Source of the DNA: Leptolyngbyaceae cyanobacterium
GTDB taxonomy: Bacteria > Cyanobacteriota > Cyanobacteriia > Phormidesmidales > Phormidesmidaceae
Reading direction: 5' to 3'
Assembly: GCA_050331235.1 (NCBI GenBank)
Contig: JBHJHA010000035.1
Coordinates: 79,311-143,310, forward strand
Length of the DNA: 64,000 nt
The translations under genes and the position numbers were made by a program. The notes under the pieces were generated by a model. The model was not told the origin of the DNA, searched no databases, and saw only the letters and a program-made list of their open reading frames with translations. Of the stretch, positions 11,960 through 21,765 are shown piece after piece. The first letter of the stretch is position 1; every line of letters starts with the position of its first letter.

Positions 11960-12084
11960 GACTTTGGGGTGACTAAGGGAGGCGATTGCGCGGCTGCCCC
12001 GGTCTAGAAAAAATGTGTGTATTTCGCCGCTTCTGGTCGAGGGGCTTGCACAATAGGAGCGATTGGTGTTGTGCCTAATGGGCG

Positions 12085-12996
12085 ATGCTTATGCAACGGT
12101 TGCGACGATTTTGTTTGGCCTTGGGGGTTGGTTTAGGGCTGACGCTACTTTTGTCTCTGGGTAGCTGCAACCAAAGCGCCACTGTGTCTGGTGGTCCTAG
12201 TCGGTTAGTGATCGGGGTCGTAAGCTATAACCAAGGCGTTGACTCTGTTGAGGCCTACGCGCCATTTGAGCAATATTTAGAAGAAGCGTTGGGCACCCAA
12301 GTCGAGTTTGAGCCGGTCTTTAATGAACTTCGCGCGGTGGAACAGATTGAGTCCCAGGCTTGGGACTTGGCTTTTGCGCCAGCGGGGTTGGCGGCGATCG
12401 CCGTCGATGATGCCCAATATGTGCCGCTATTTCCGCTCCAGGGCAACCCAAAACAGCGATCGCTCGTTATCGTCCCGACGGAGAGTAACGCTCAAACTTT
12501 GTCTGACTTGGCCAATCAGGCGATCGCCCTGGGTGAACCGGGCTCCGCTACTGGCTACTACCTGCCCCTCTATGACCTGTATGGCATGACGTTAGCCGAG
12601 ATTCGCTTTGCCCCAACGCCTAAAACTGTGCTGGACTGGGTCGATACCGAGGACGTGGCTGCCGGAGCCCTGTCAGAAGAAAACTTTCAGCAATATCGTA
12701 ATGGATTCGACACCGGTCGCTTTCGGGTGCTGCACGAGACCCGCGTGGTCAATAACGGGGCCGTATTGTTGAGTCCGGCGATCGAGCGCAATCAGCAGCG
12801 GTTGATCGAGGATGCGATGCAGGCAGCGCCTTCCAACATTGCGTTTGATGCTGGCTATATCGCCAATGCACCGCCTCCGGCCTTTGACCAACTGATCCAA
12901 CTGGTTGATAAAGTCCGCCCGTTGGAAAAGCAGGTGCAGCAGCAACCCGCTGTTCTCACTCTTGATACCGCTACGCCGGCCGCTAACGGTGAATAA
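12085..12996 (+). CDS. PhnD/PtxB-like (phosphate/phosphite/phosphonate-type) substrate-binding lipoprotein, orphan
   Basis: Lipobox LSLGSC and GEPGSATGYYLP, similar to the S-x-S/T-G anion-binding loop of PhnD-family proteins. No importer permease is adjacent. Confidence 0.8.
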   Translation: MLMQRLRRFCLALGVGLGLTLLLSLGSCNQSATVSGGPSRLVIGVVSYNQGVDSVEAYAPFEQYLEEALGTQVEFEPVFNELRAVEQIESQAWDLAFAPAGLAAIAVDDAQYVPLFPLQGNPKQRSLVIVPTESNAQTLSDLANQAIALGEPGSATGYYLPLYDLYGMTLAEIRFAPTPKTVLDWVDTEDVAAGALSEENFQQYRNGFDTGRFRVLHETRVVNNGAVLLSPAIERNQQRLIEDAMQAAPSNIAFDAGYIANAPPPAFDQLIQLVDKVRPLEKQVQQQPAVLTLDTATPAANGE

Positions 12997-13267
12997 ATGG
13001 AAACTGGCGATCGCTCGTCCGATTCGCCATTGTGTGGGCTTGTGGACAAAACGGATGAGTCAACACAACATTTAGGAACGCATGAGCTACGGTATGGAAA
13101 TAGTGGGGAACGGTAGCCGGGCCAGGCAATGCATTTACCCCTATCCTTAAGCCCACTTTTTTAACTGGCCTATCGGTTAGCGTTAGCAAATCCAAGTATC
13201 AGGGTTGAAGTATCGAGTATTGACACTGATCTCTTAGAGGTCTGGCACTGGCTGATCCTACCTGACC

Positions 13268-15439
13268 ATGAATCATTCCCTTTCTGACAACTCTCAGGGA
13301 CAGCGCACCCTGGCGGCGATTATTTTGACCGATGCGGTCGGCTTTAGCGCGCGGATGTCTGTGGATGAGGAGAATACCCTCAATCTGATTCATCGTGATT
13401 TGGGTCTGATGGAGGCCTTGTGCAAACGCTTTGAAGGGCGAGTTATCAAGTCCACCGGCGATGGCCTATTGATGTGCTTTTCGAGTGCTGTGCAGGCGGT
13501 GAGCTGTAGCTTGGAAATGCAGCATCAACTGGCTGCAGCCTATCAAGCGGTGACGGTAGATGAGCAACTGCAGCATCGCATTGGCGTTCACCTGGGCGAT
13601 GTCTTTTTTAAGAATGATGACGTCATGGGCAATGGTGTTAACATTGCGGCCCGATTACAAACGGAAGCTCATCCGGGGGGAATTTGCATTTCTCAAATTG
13701 TTTACGATGTGGTGAAGTCACGGCTCGACCTCAACGCTACCTATGCGGGGCCGCTGCACTTAAAAAATATTCACGACCCTCAACCGGCTTACCATATTGA
13801 CCCTTTCAACAAAGCTGAGGTGTCACCCTCCCAGATGCCGACCATGCGGGAGGGGAGCGACGCAATGGTGGCTCCACGCAGTGAACGATCGCCAGTAACC
13901 CACCGCGCAAAACTGGGTCCCGGTTGTATGGTGGGCGGCCGCTACGAGATTCAGCGGATTTTGGGGCAGGGGGGGTTTGGCCGGTCATACTTGGTCGAAG
14001 ATTCCCAACGGTTTGGTGAAAACTGTGTGTTGAAGGAGTTCTTTCCCCGCAATGCCTCGAAGCGATCGCAGCAAAAGGCCCTTGACCTATTCAAACGAGA
14101 GGCCAAAACCCTCTATCAAATCAATCACCCCCAGGTGCCTAAGTTTCTGGCGGGGTTTACCCAAGAGCAGCGGCTGTTCATCGTGCAGGAATATGTCGAT
14201 GGCGTCACCTATTCCCACTTGCTCAAGGAGCGGAAGCGCAACGGGCGAGTTTTTTCTGAGCTTGAGGTGAAGCGCTGGCTCATTCACATGCTACAGGTGC
14301 TGGACTATTTGCATGGTCTCAACATCGTGCACCGCGATATCTCGCCTGACAACGTGATGTACTGCCGCGAACGAGACCTGCCCATCTTGATTGACTTTGG
14401 TCTGGTCAATGATGCGATGAACGAGATTTTGTCAGGTGAAGTGGATGATGACGATTCACCCCGCTCCGCTACGGTGGTGGGCAAGTTTGGCTACTCACCA
14501 CCGGAGCAAATCCAGCTAGGCCAGTGCTTTCCCTGTAGCGACCTCTATGCATTGGGGGTGACTGCGGTGGTGCTGCTCACGGGACGTTACCCCCGCGAAC
14601 TGATGGATCGCAACACTTTGGAGTGGCACTGGGAAGACCATGTGTCACTCAGTTACCCGTTTACGGGATTGCTCGACAAGCTGATGCATCGGCAGCCCCA
14701 AGAGCGGTTTCAATCTGCCCAGGCCGTGCTAGAGGCCTTGACGCCACTGCTGGATGCCGATGAGGTGAGTTCGCCCCTGCCCCAGTCAATGCTGACCATG
14801 ACCCGCATTGACCTATCTCCGGATCCTCAAGCAGCTCCAGAGTTCAACGCGCCGATGCAGTTGGGCCGCCCCTCGATGTTACAAAATGAGGCGTTTGTTG
14901 AGCGCTGCCGCCAAGAGCTCACACGCTGCATTGGGCCAATGGCAACCCTCATTGTGGAGGATACGATTGACCAATATCCCGATGCTAGCCCCCATGAACT
15001 AGTGGAAATCTTGGCCGCTCAGCTCTCTGATGGTAAGCAGGCGGAGCAGTTTGTGAGCAATGTCCACATCGCCCCGTCTACCCCTGCTGGCCGGAGCGAC
15101 CTCACGGTCAATCAATCAGCCTCGCGATCGCCCAATACCCAACAGCTCTCGAGTAAAGCGGTCCGTCCTAGTGACATTCCCTCGGCGGAGCTGGCGGTCA
15201 GCGGCGACCCTGCAGCCACACCAATAAATTCTCAGCCTGCGTCTGGGTTGAGTTCAGACTTCATTGACCGCTGTCGACAAACCTTGGTGCGCTGTGTGGG
15301 GCCGATGGCAACCATGCTCCTCGAGGATGCCCTGTTCGATTATTCCCATCTAGGGCCGCAGGCGTTTGTCGAACAGCTAGCGCGAGAAATTCCCGATCCG
15401 AAAAAGGCCCAGGAATTTCAGCAGCAACTATTGGGATAA
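13268..15439 (+). CDS. class III nucleotidyl (adenylate) cyclase - Hanks-type Ser/Thr kinase fusion with two C-terminal repeats
   Basis: Cyclase motifs ILTDAVGFS, VIKSTGDG, RIGVHLGDV and DVMGNGVNIAARLQ. Kinase motifs LGQGGFG, VLKE, HRDISPDN, DFG and GKFGYSPPEQ. Confidence 0.93.
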   Translation: MNHSLSDNSQGQRTLAAIILTDAVGFSARMSVDEENTLNLIHRDLGLMEALCKRFEGRVIKSTGDGLLMCFSSAVQAVSCSLEMQHQLAAAYQAVTVDEQLQHRIGVHLGDVFFKNDDVMGNGVNIAARLQTEAHPGGICISQIVYDVVKSRLDLNATYAGPLHLKNIHDPQPAYHIDPFNKAEVSPSQMPTMREGSDAMVAPRSERSPVTHRAKLGPGCMVGGRYEIQRILGQGGFGRSYLVEDSQRFGENCVLKEFFPRNASKRSQQKALDLFKREAKTLYQINHPQVPKFLAGFTQEQRLFIVQEYVDGVTYSHLLKERKRNGRVFSELEVKRWLIHMLQVLDYLHGLNIVHRDISPDNVMYCRERDLPILIDFGLVNDAMNEILSGEVDDDDSPRSATVVGKFGYSPPEQIQLGQCFPCSDLYALGVTAVVLLTGRYPRELMDRNTLEWHWEDHVSLSYPFTGLLDKLMHRQPQERFQSAQAVLEALTPLLDADEVSSPLPQSMLTMTRIDLSPDPQAAPEFNAPMQLGRPSMLQNEAFVERCRQELTRCIGPMATLIVEDTIDQYPDASPHELVEILAAQLSDGKQAEQFVSNVHIAPSTPAGRSDLTVNQSASRSPNTQQLSSKAVRPSDIPSAELAVSGDPAATPINSQPASGLSSDFIDRCRQTLVRCVGPMATMLLEDALFDYSHLGPQAFVEQLAREIPDPKKAQEFQQQLLG

Positions 15440-16369
15440 ATCATTGGCAGAGCTGCCCCGGCGACCTTCGCGGTAGCGCTCGAGCCGCTGCATCGCCATC
15501 TGCAGGCTCAGTCGCATTCGATTGAAAGCCTCAGCCAGTTTGCCCACTTCGTCTTGGGAGTCTTGGGTAAATTCGGCTTCGGTATCGCCCATGCTGACTG
15601 CCTCAGCGACCTGGGCCATACGGTTGAGCGGCCGCACCACAAACCGCTTGAGCCAGAGATTAACTAAAATAATCGCGATCGCAAACGCGATAACAAAGAT
15701 GCCCAAAATCAACAGTAGCGACTGCCGAGCCCCACGGATGACGCGTTCTGCCGGGACGGAAATCATTTGCGCCCCAACGATTTCATCTAGTTCCCAATTG
15801 AACCCGTTGTCCGGACCGTAGCGCTCGATCATGCTGGCAGGAGCGGCTTCGGGGATGCTATGACATTCTAAGCAGCTCTGCTGTTGGATCTGAATGGGGC
15901 GAGCGATGTAATACAAGTCCCCCGCTGGTGTGCTTCGAAATCCACTGACTTGGGTAGCCTGATTGGTATTTTGACGAAAGTTATTGACGATCGCCGCTTC
16001 AAAGGCGTCGGCTTTGTCCCTCAGATTAGTCGGGTTCAAGGTTGCTTCTTTGTAAAAGAAATCGCCGTATTCCGGATTGAGACGAAAGGTCTCAAATACC
16101 TCACGGGCCGAGTAAGCAGGGACACTTTCTGGTAAAAACTCAGCTTCGAGGCGATCAGCGATTTCCGGTTTGACGTGGTCGTTGGTGTAGGTGCGGATGG
16201 AGTTCATGGTTTCCATCAGCATCAGGGCTTTGGTGGTGAGTTGGCCTTGGGTACTCCGATTGAGCACCGAAGACAGCGCCAGGCTGCTTGCCAGCACTCC
16301 CCCTAAGAAAACCAGCACCAGCAAAAGCGTAAACTTTTGACCTAATTGCAAATTTTTGAGCTTTATCAT
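15428..16369 (-). CDS. DUF3365/Tll0287-like c-type heme sensor with a HAMP domain and no output domain
   Basis: TM - periplasmic domain (YKEATLNPTNLRDKAD, CLECH heme-attachment motif, YGPDNGFNW) - TM - HAMP (VVRPLNRMA...DEVGKLAEAFNRM), then only a short tail. Confidence 0.9.
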   Translation of the reverse strand: MIKLKNLQLGQKFTLLLVLVFLGGVLASSLALSSVLNRSTQGQLTTKALMLMETMNSIRTYTNDHVKPEIADRLEAEFLPESVPAYSAREVFETFRLNPEYGDFFYKEATLNPTNLRDKADAFEAAIVNNFRQNTNQATQVSGFRSTPAGDLYYIARPIQIQQQSCLECHSIPEAAPASMIERYGPDNGFNWELDEIVGAQMISVPAERVIRGARQSLLLILGIFVIAFAIAIILVNLWLKRFVVRPLNRMAQVAEAVSMGDTEAEFTQDSQDEVGKLAEAFNRMRLSLQMAMQRLERYREGRRGSSANDLSQ

Positions 16370-16648
16370 TGGCTTAGAACAAACTTTAAAGGGGCTCTGT
16401 AGTCATACAGGAGCGTTGAGCACATTCCACATGGGTGGATGAATTTGTGCATTTAGCTGGGCTAGGCGGCACTGCCCAAAGCTGTGCTCACGTCCTCTCG
16501 CTGTCGATAGATTTTTTTGATTTGCACCCTTCTCCCATATAGGCACGGAGTTTCGCAAACCCGATAAAAGTTTTGCTTAATTTCACAGACGAAGATGGCA
16601 GGCTGAAACTGTGAGCCGTCGCTAATTTCTACCAGTGGTGGGAGATGC

Positions 16649-17587
16649 TCAATAGTCGGCCAGAGATCGCCAACCGCGATCGCGATACCGGGCTTCCGCT
16701 CGGTCAGGATGTAAAATCTCTGCCAAAATTTCTAAGGAATCCACTAGCCTCGGCCCCGGTCGGTTGAAATATTGGTTGCCATCGACTACGTAGACCTGTC
16801 CCTGCTGTACCGCTTGTAGTTGTGGCCAGGCCGGGTGCTCACGCAGGGGATGGCTTTCGCGGACAGTGGTCGCTAAGTCGTAGCCACACGGCATCAAGAT
16901 TACGACCTCTGGATTAGCCTCGACCAAATCTGCCCATTGAATCCACGGCGAATGTTGTCCCACCTGGGCGAGTAGAGGCTTTCCCCCGGCGAGCTCAACC
17001 AGTTCTGGCACCCAGTTGCCGGCCGTCATCAAGGGCTCTGGCCATTCGATGCAAACGACCGTGGGCCGATGGGGAACGGTGGCCACCCGCTGCTGACACT
17101 GCGCCACACGGGACTGGAGCGGGTGAATAGCGGTATCTGCCTGGTGGGTTCCCGCTTCGCCCAGTAAGGCGATCGCCACTCGGCGCAGGTCATCCCAGAT
17201 ATCCGCCAGGTGGTGGGGCTGTAGCGATATGACTTGGGGCCGAGCCTGGATCAAGCTGGCCATGGCGGTTTCGACATCAGCCAAGCTGACGGCGCAAACC
17301 TCACACTGGGCCTGAGTCAAGATATGGGTCGGTTGTAGGGTGGCTAAAACGTCAGTGTTGATTTGATACACACTCAGCGCGGATTGTAGCAGTTCCGTCA
17401 CGCGATCATGAATCACCCGGCTGCTGCCTTCAGGGGTGAATTTGGGAGCCGTGCAGACAGGCAACCGGGCGACGGTAGCAGGGTAGTCGCATTCATGGCT
17501 GCGGCCCACTAAATAGGAGCCCAGGCCGAGTCCATGGACGATTTCAGTGGCGCTGGGCAAGAGTGAAACCATCCGTAATGGCTGCAT
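16649..17587 (-). CDS. BtuF/TroA-fold 'cobalamin-binding' protein with no signal peptide
   Basis: RMVSLLPSATEIV, GRSHECDYP and DGNQYFNRPGPRLVDSLEILAEILHP. Confidence 0.85.
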   Translation of the reverse strand: MQPLRMVSLLPSATEIVHGLGLGSYLVGRSHECDYPATVARLPVCTAPKFTPEGSSRVIHDRVTELLQSALSVYQINTDVLATLQPTHILTQAQCEVCAVSLADVETAMASLIQARPQVISLQPHHLADIWDDLRRVAIALLGEAGTHQADTAIHPLQSRVAQCQQRVATVPHRPTVVCIEWPEPLMTAGNWVPELVELAGGKPLLAQVGQHSPWIQWADLVEANPEVVILMPCGYDLATTVRESHPLREHPAWPQLQAVQQGQVYVVDGNQYFNRPGPRLVDSLEILAEILHPDRAEARYRDRGWRSLADY

Positions 17588-17680
17588 ATCAGTGCCTCAA
17601 CTGAGTAGGATTACCGCCACGACAAAATCCCACGGTGGGTGAGAAGGACGCCAGAGGGTGTCCCGAGAACGGCAAGATCA

Positions 17681-18550
17681 TCAAAGATTCCATGGGAGCG
17701 ATTCCTGACGGTCGTTGAGAGATGGGCTGTCGGCAATCGCCGGCGATCGCTGGGTTTCTAATCCTAAAAAGTCGAACAGGGTGCGATCGGCAAGCTGACT
17801 CGGAGAGACCTGCTGCAAACTGCGAAAGATCGACTCCACGCGGACGGGAGTAGCCCGCTCCCACTGGGCTAACATCTCTTTAATCTGCACGCGCTGGAGG
17901 TGGTCCTGGGAACCGCAGAGATTACAGGGAATGATGGGAAACTGTCGCTGTCGGGCATAACGGGCAATGTCCTTTTCCGGGCAATAGGCTAATGGCCGAA
18001 TGACAAGGTGGCGGCGATCGTCGGTCAGTAGCTTCGGTGGCATGGCTTTGAGGCGACCACCATGAAATAAGTTGAGGAAAAAGGTTTCTAAGATGTCATC
18101 CCGATGGTGACCCAGGGCTATTTTAGTGACGCCCTCCTCGGCGGCGAGGCGATAGAGCGCTCCCCGGCGGAGACGGGAGCACAAACTACACATGGTTTTG
18201 CCTTCAGGAATGACGCGCTTCACTACGCTGTAGGTGTCTTGCTCGATGATGCGAAACGGCACCCCCAACTGGCGGAGATAGGTCGGCAACACCTCAGTGG
18301 GAAAATCTGGCTGCTTTTGATCTAGGTTGACGGCGAGCAACTCAAACTCGACTGGGGCATTGCGCTGCAGACTCATCAACAGATCTAACAGGGTGTAAGA
18401 GTCTTTGCCCCCTGATAAACACACCATGACCTTATCTCCCTCTTCGATCATGCCATAGTCGTGGATGGCCTTACCCACTTGCGATCGCAGCCAAGCCTGC
18501 AACTTTTTGAAAGTTTTTGAGGTCGGGGTAGAAACTGGTGCAGCCGTCAT
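17681..18550 (-). CDS. ttcA: tRNA 2-thiocytidine(32) synthetase
   Basis: PP-loop [24 protein letters not shown] and [10 protein letters not shown]. Confidence 0.95.
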   Translation of the reverse strand: MTAAPVSTPTSKTFKKLQAWLRSQVGKAIHDYGMIEEGDKVMVCLSGGKDSYTLLDLLMSLQRNAPVEFELLAVNLDQKQPDFPTEVLPTYLRQLGVPFRIIEQDTYSVVKRVIPEGKTMCSLCSRLRRGALYRLAAEEGVTKIALGHHRDDILETFFLNLFHGGRLKAMPPKLLTDDRRHLVIRPLAYCPEKDIARYARQRQFPIIPCNLCGSQDHLQRVQIKEMLAQWERATPVRVESIFRSLQQVSPSQLADRTLFDFLGLETQRSPAIADSPSLNDRQESLPWNL

Positions 18551-18729
18551 TGCGGATCTCACATCAAATCGACAGTTAGTGTCAAGTCAGCTTCTATTCT
18601 ATATAGTGAACTAGCGGTACTCAAGTTGAGGCAGTCAGGCTTACGCTCTCTAAGCGCCCGGGCAGAGGAGGTTTTCTCCTGAACTAAGTCGCAGTGATAC
18701 TCTAGTAAAGCCGTTTCGTCTTTTCCGTA

Positions 18730-19359
18730 ATGCTGACCTCTTTGACAACTTTAGCTGCTGCGGAAACCGCTGACATGTGGTCATTGGAGAAATTTGTCTG
18801 GACTGATTATCGACTCGCGGTGGTGTTCACGGTGGTCTTGCCGTTGGTCTTGCTGATTTGGGCTTTTGTACAAAAGGCGGAAAACATTCAACGCTTGTTG
18901 ACCATCTACTGGCGCGTCGCGAGCCTGTTGATGATTACGGTGTACTTGATGATTGGTGGCCTGACCTTCAGTTTTATTGCAGGGCTGATGGCGCGGGTGT
19001 TGATTCCCCTGAGTCTGTGGTTTTGGGAAGATCTGAACGAAGAAATTCGCGAACAGCCTAATTCAGTTCTCCGATTTGTCTTTGTGGCCTGGCGCTGGGC
19101 CGTGAGCATCTACAGTCTTGCTGGAGCCATTTTTTTAGCCTTTTTCCTACCCTGCGCCTTTTCGAGCACTCGCTTTGCCGGCGAGGTCTGTCAGGTATGG
19201 CTACAGCCACCGCTGCTGTATAAAGAGATTTTGCACGGCGGCTATACCAATGGCTTCCTTGCTTTCTTTGGTGTGGTGGGGTTGATCATTTACCTGCTAG
19301 CGCTCGGCTATTTCGTCTTTGTGCGCCTCGGTCGGCAGGGCCGCTCCGCGATGAGTTGA
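18730..19359 (+). CDS. DUF3177 family membrane protein
   Basis: VWTDYRLAVVFTV, YWRVASLLMITVYL and SLWFWEDLNEEI, recognised as a cyanobacterial family. Confidence 0.85.
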   Translation: MLTSLTTLAAAETADMWSLEKFVWTDYRLAVVFTVVLPLVLLIWAFVQKAENIQRLLTIYWRVASLLMITVYLMIGGLTFSFIAGLMARVLIPLSLWFWEDLNEEIREQPNSVLRFVFVAWRWAVSIYSLAGAIFLAFFLPCAFSSTRFAGEVCQVWLQPPLLYKEILHGGYTNGFLAFFGVVGLIIYLLALGYFVFVRLGRQGRSAMS

Positions 19360-19374
19360 TAGGACTTGGCTCCC

Positions 19375-19674
19375 ATGACGATCCCGCCCATTCAACGGTT
19401 AGAGCAGTACGCGTTGCGGTTCCCTCAAGAAGTGCTGATGGTCAACGCTGAGGTGGCTGGCGAAGAGGATTGCGTGGTGATCTTTCGAGGCTTCTCCAGT
19501 TCTCTGATGCGGCCAACTGCGGCCGACCCCGAAGTGCCTGTGTTGCCAACGGACGCTGTGATTCATTCTATCGATCGCTTACAGGGTCCCTACAATCCCG
19601 ATCATCCCCAATATCTCGAGCAGGACATTGCTTGGTCGGCTTTTTGCAATCGCCTCTCAGCCTTGGGCATCTGA
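19375..19674 (+). CDS. conserved cyanobacterial hypothetical protein
   Basis: RLEQY...EVL...VIFRGFSSSL...IDRLQGPYNP; lies directly downstream of the DUF3177 gene. Confidence 0.8.
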   Translation: MTIPPIQRLEQYALRFPQEVLMVNAEVAGEEDCVVIFRGFSSSLMRPTAADPEVPVLPTDAVIHSIDRLQGPYNPDHPQYLEQDIAWSAFCNRLSALGI

Positions 19675-20094
19675 GTTCAGATTGGGGCGATCATGCCCTG
19701 ATTTAGCCTTTTGGGAGTTTGGGTACCGGTAACGGAGCCACACCCAGCCGACCAGGCAACCGATGGCGTAGTACAAAAAGTCGCCCCAGACAAAGGTGTT
19801 GCCCAAGACTAAACGACCCGGTAGCGTTCCTCTCACTGCCTATAACCAAGGCGGTTGCCAAAGCTGCAAAAACTCAATGAGGCTAGTGGCAACAAAAACC
19901 GCGATCGCGATGCTGGTGGGAGGCAGCCGAGGCCAAATGACGGCCACCAGTAACATCCAGAAAATTTCATAGGGAATGCCGCCAAATGCATCATTGAGCC
20001 AGCTCTGGCCCACACCTCGATAAAACTTGGTTGCGAGTCCCAAGGGAATAACGAAGGCGATGCTCAACCAGAGATGGCGCTGATACTTTGACAT
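19657..20094 (-). pseudogene. DUF2809-like membrane protein with a premature in-frame TAG at 19840-19842
   Basis: ...IEFLQLWQPPWL*AVRGTLPGRLVLGNTFVWGDFLYYAIGCLVG... The family-like C-terminal half continues in frame after the stop, to a TGA at 19657. Confidence 0.8.
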
Positions 20095-20335
20095 TTTCCA
20101 AGCCGCTGAGAGTGGCGATGAATGGCTGCATTCTTGGGATGCCCAAATTTGTAAACAAGTCACGCTACAGGACTTGTTACTGGCCATAACCGACCGAAGC
20201 AGACGTTAGGGCGGCTGGGGCGATCGCAAGCCCCGGGCGAAAGTTTCTCCCAACTGTTGTGTCTGCTCCGAAATGGCACCATCTATGGCACTCTGAAGGT
20301 GGACGTACTTAGCACACCTTATCCATTTCAGGGCC

Positions 20336-21556
20336 ATGCAAACCCTTCCTTCTCCGGTTACTCCTGCACCCACCGATGCGGCGTTTGATACCACCATTCA
20401 CCGTCGCCCAACCCGCCCCGTTCAGGTGGGCAATGTGACTATCGGTGGCGGCGCACCTGTGGTCGTGCAGTCCATGATTAATGAAGACACCCTCGATATT
20501 GAAGGGTCCGTTGCCGCTATCCGGCGATTACATGAAATAGGCTGCGAAATTGTACGCGTCACCGTGCCTAGCATGGCCCATGCGAAAGCCCTCGCGACCA
20601 TTCGCGAGCAGCTAGAAACCACCTACCAGCCGGTGCCTCTGGTGGCAGATGTGCATCACAACGGCATGAAAATCGCCCTGGAAGTAGCGAAGCATGTCGA
20701 TAAGGTGCGAATCAATCCCGGCCTATACGTTTTTGAGAAGCCCCAGACGGGCCGGACAGAATATTCCCCTTCCGAATTCAAAGAAATCGGCGACAAAATT
20801 CGCGAAACCCTAGAGCCTCTAGTGGTTTCGCTTCGGGATCAGGGTAAGGCGATGCGCATCGGGGTCAACCATGGTTCCTTAGCTGAGCGCATGTTGTTTA
20901 CCTACGGCGATACGCCCGAAGGCATGGTGGAGTCTGCCCTGGAATTCATCCACATCTGTGAGTCGCTGGATTTTCGTAACATCGTACTTTCCCTCAAGGC
21001 TTCCCGGGTGCCGGTCATGCTGGCGGCCTATCGACTGATGGTCAAGCGCATGAACGAATTGGGCATGGATTATCCTCTCCATTTGGGAGTGACGGAGGCG
21101 GGTGATGGTGAATATGGCCGTATCAAGTCGACTGCGGGCATTGGCACCCTCCTGGCCGAAGGCCTTGGCGATACGATTCGGGTGTCGCTGACCGAAGCCC
21201 CAGAAAAAGAAATTCCCGTGTGTTACAGCATTTTGCAGGCTCTAGGGCTCCGCAAAACTATGGTGGAATATGTTGCGTGTCCCTCCTGTGGCCGCACTTT
21301 GTTTAACCTGGAAGATGTGCTGCACGAGGTGCGAGAGGCTACTAACCACCTGACCGGCCTAGATATTGCTGTGATGGGGTGCATTGTCAACGGTCCGGGC
21401 GAAATGGCCGATGCTGACTATGGTTACGTAGGTAAAACGCCGGGTTACATTTCCCTCTATCGGGGGCGCGAGGAAATTAAAAAAGTTCCTGAAGATCAAG
21501 GAGTGGCCGAGCTGATTAACTTAATCAAGGCGGATGGCCGCTGGGTTGATCCTTAG
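20336..21556 (+). CDS. ispG: (E)-4-hydroxy-3-methylbut-2-enyl-diphosphate synthase
   Basis: [31 protein letters not shown] and [11 protein letters not shown]. Confidence 0.98.
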   Translation: MQTLPSPVTPAPTDAAFDTTIHRRPTRPVQVGNVTIGGGAPVVVQSMINEDTLDIEGSVAAIRRLHEIGCEIVRVTVPSMAHAKALATIREQLETTYQPVPLVADVHHNGMKIALEVAKHVDKVRINPGLYVFEKPQTGRTEYSPSEFKEIGDKIRETLEPLVVSLRDQGKAMRIGVNHGSLAERMLFTYGDTPEGMVESALEFIHICESLDFRNIVLSLKASRVPVMLAAYRLMVKRMNELGMDYPLHLGVTEAGDGEYGRIKSTAGIGTLLAEGLGDTIRVSLTEAPEKEIPVCYSILQALGLRKTMVEYVACPSCGRTLFNLEDVLHEVREATNHLTGLDIAVMGCIVNGPGEMADADYGYVGKTPGYISLYRGREEIKKVPEDQGVAELINLIKADGRWVDP

Positions 21557-21765
21557 GAACTAGGTGGCTGAGTGAAGGGGGCCTTCCCTGGGTCAATTGG
21601 TCGATGGATGTGCCAATTGTCGTTCGTGTTAATTTCTGCCCCCATTGCTCAGGAAACCTTCAGATTCACTGGCTATGATGGGGCAAAGCAAGCGATGGGG
21701 GCAGGTCCATCATCGCGGTGATGCTTGTGTTAGATTGAGCCTAATTGCCGACGGAAATAGAGTTT

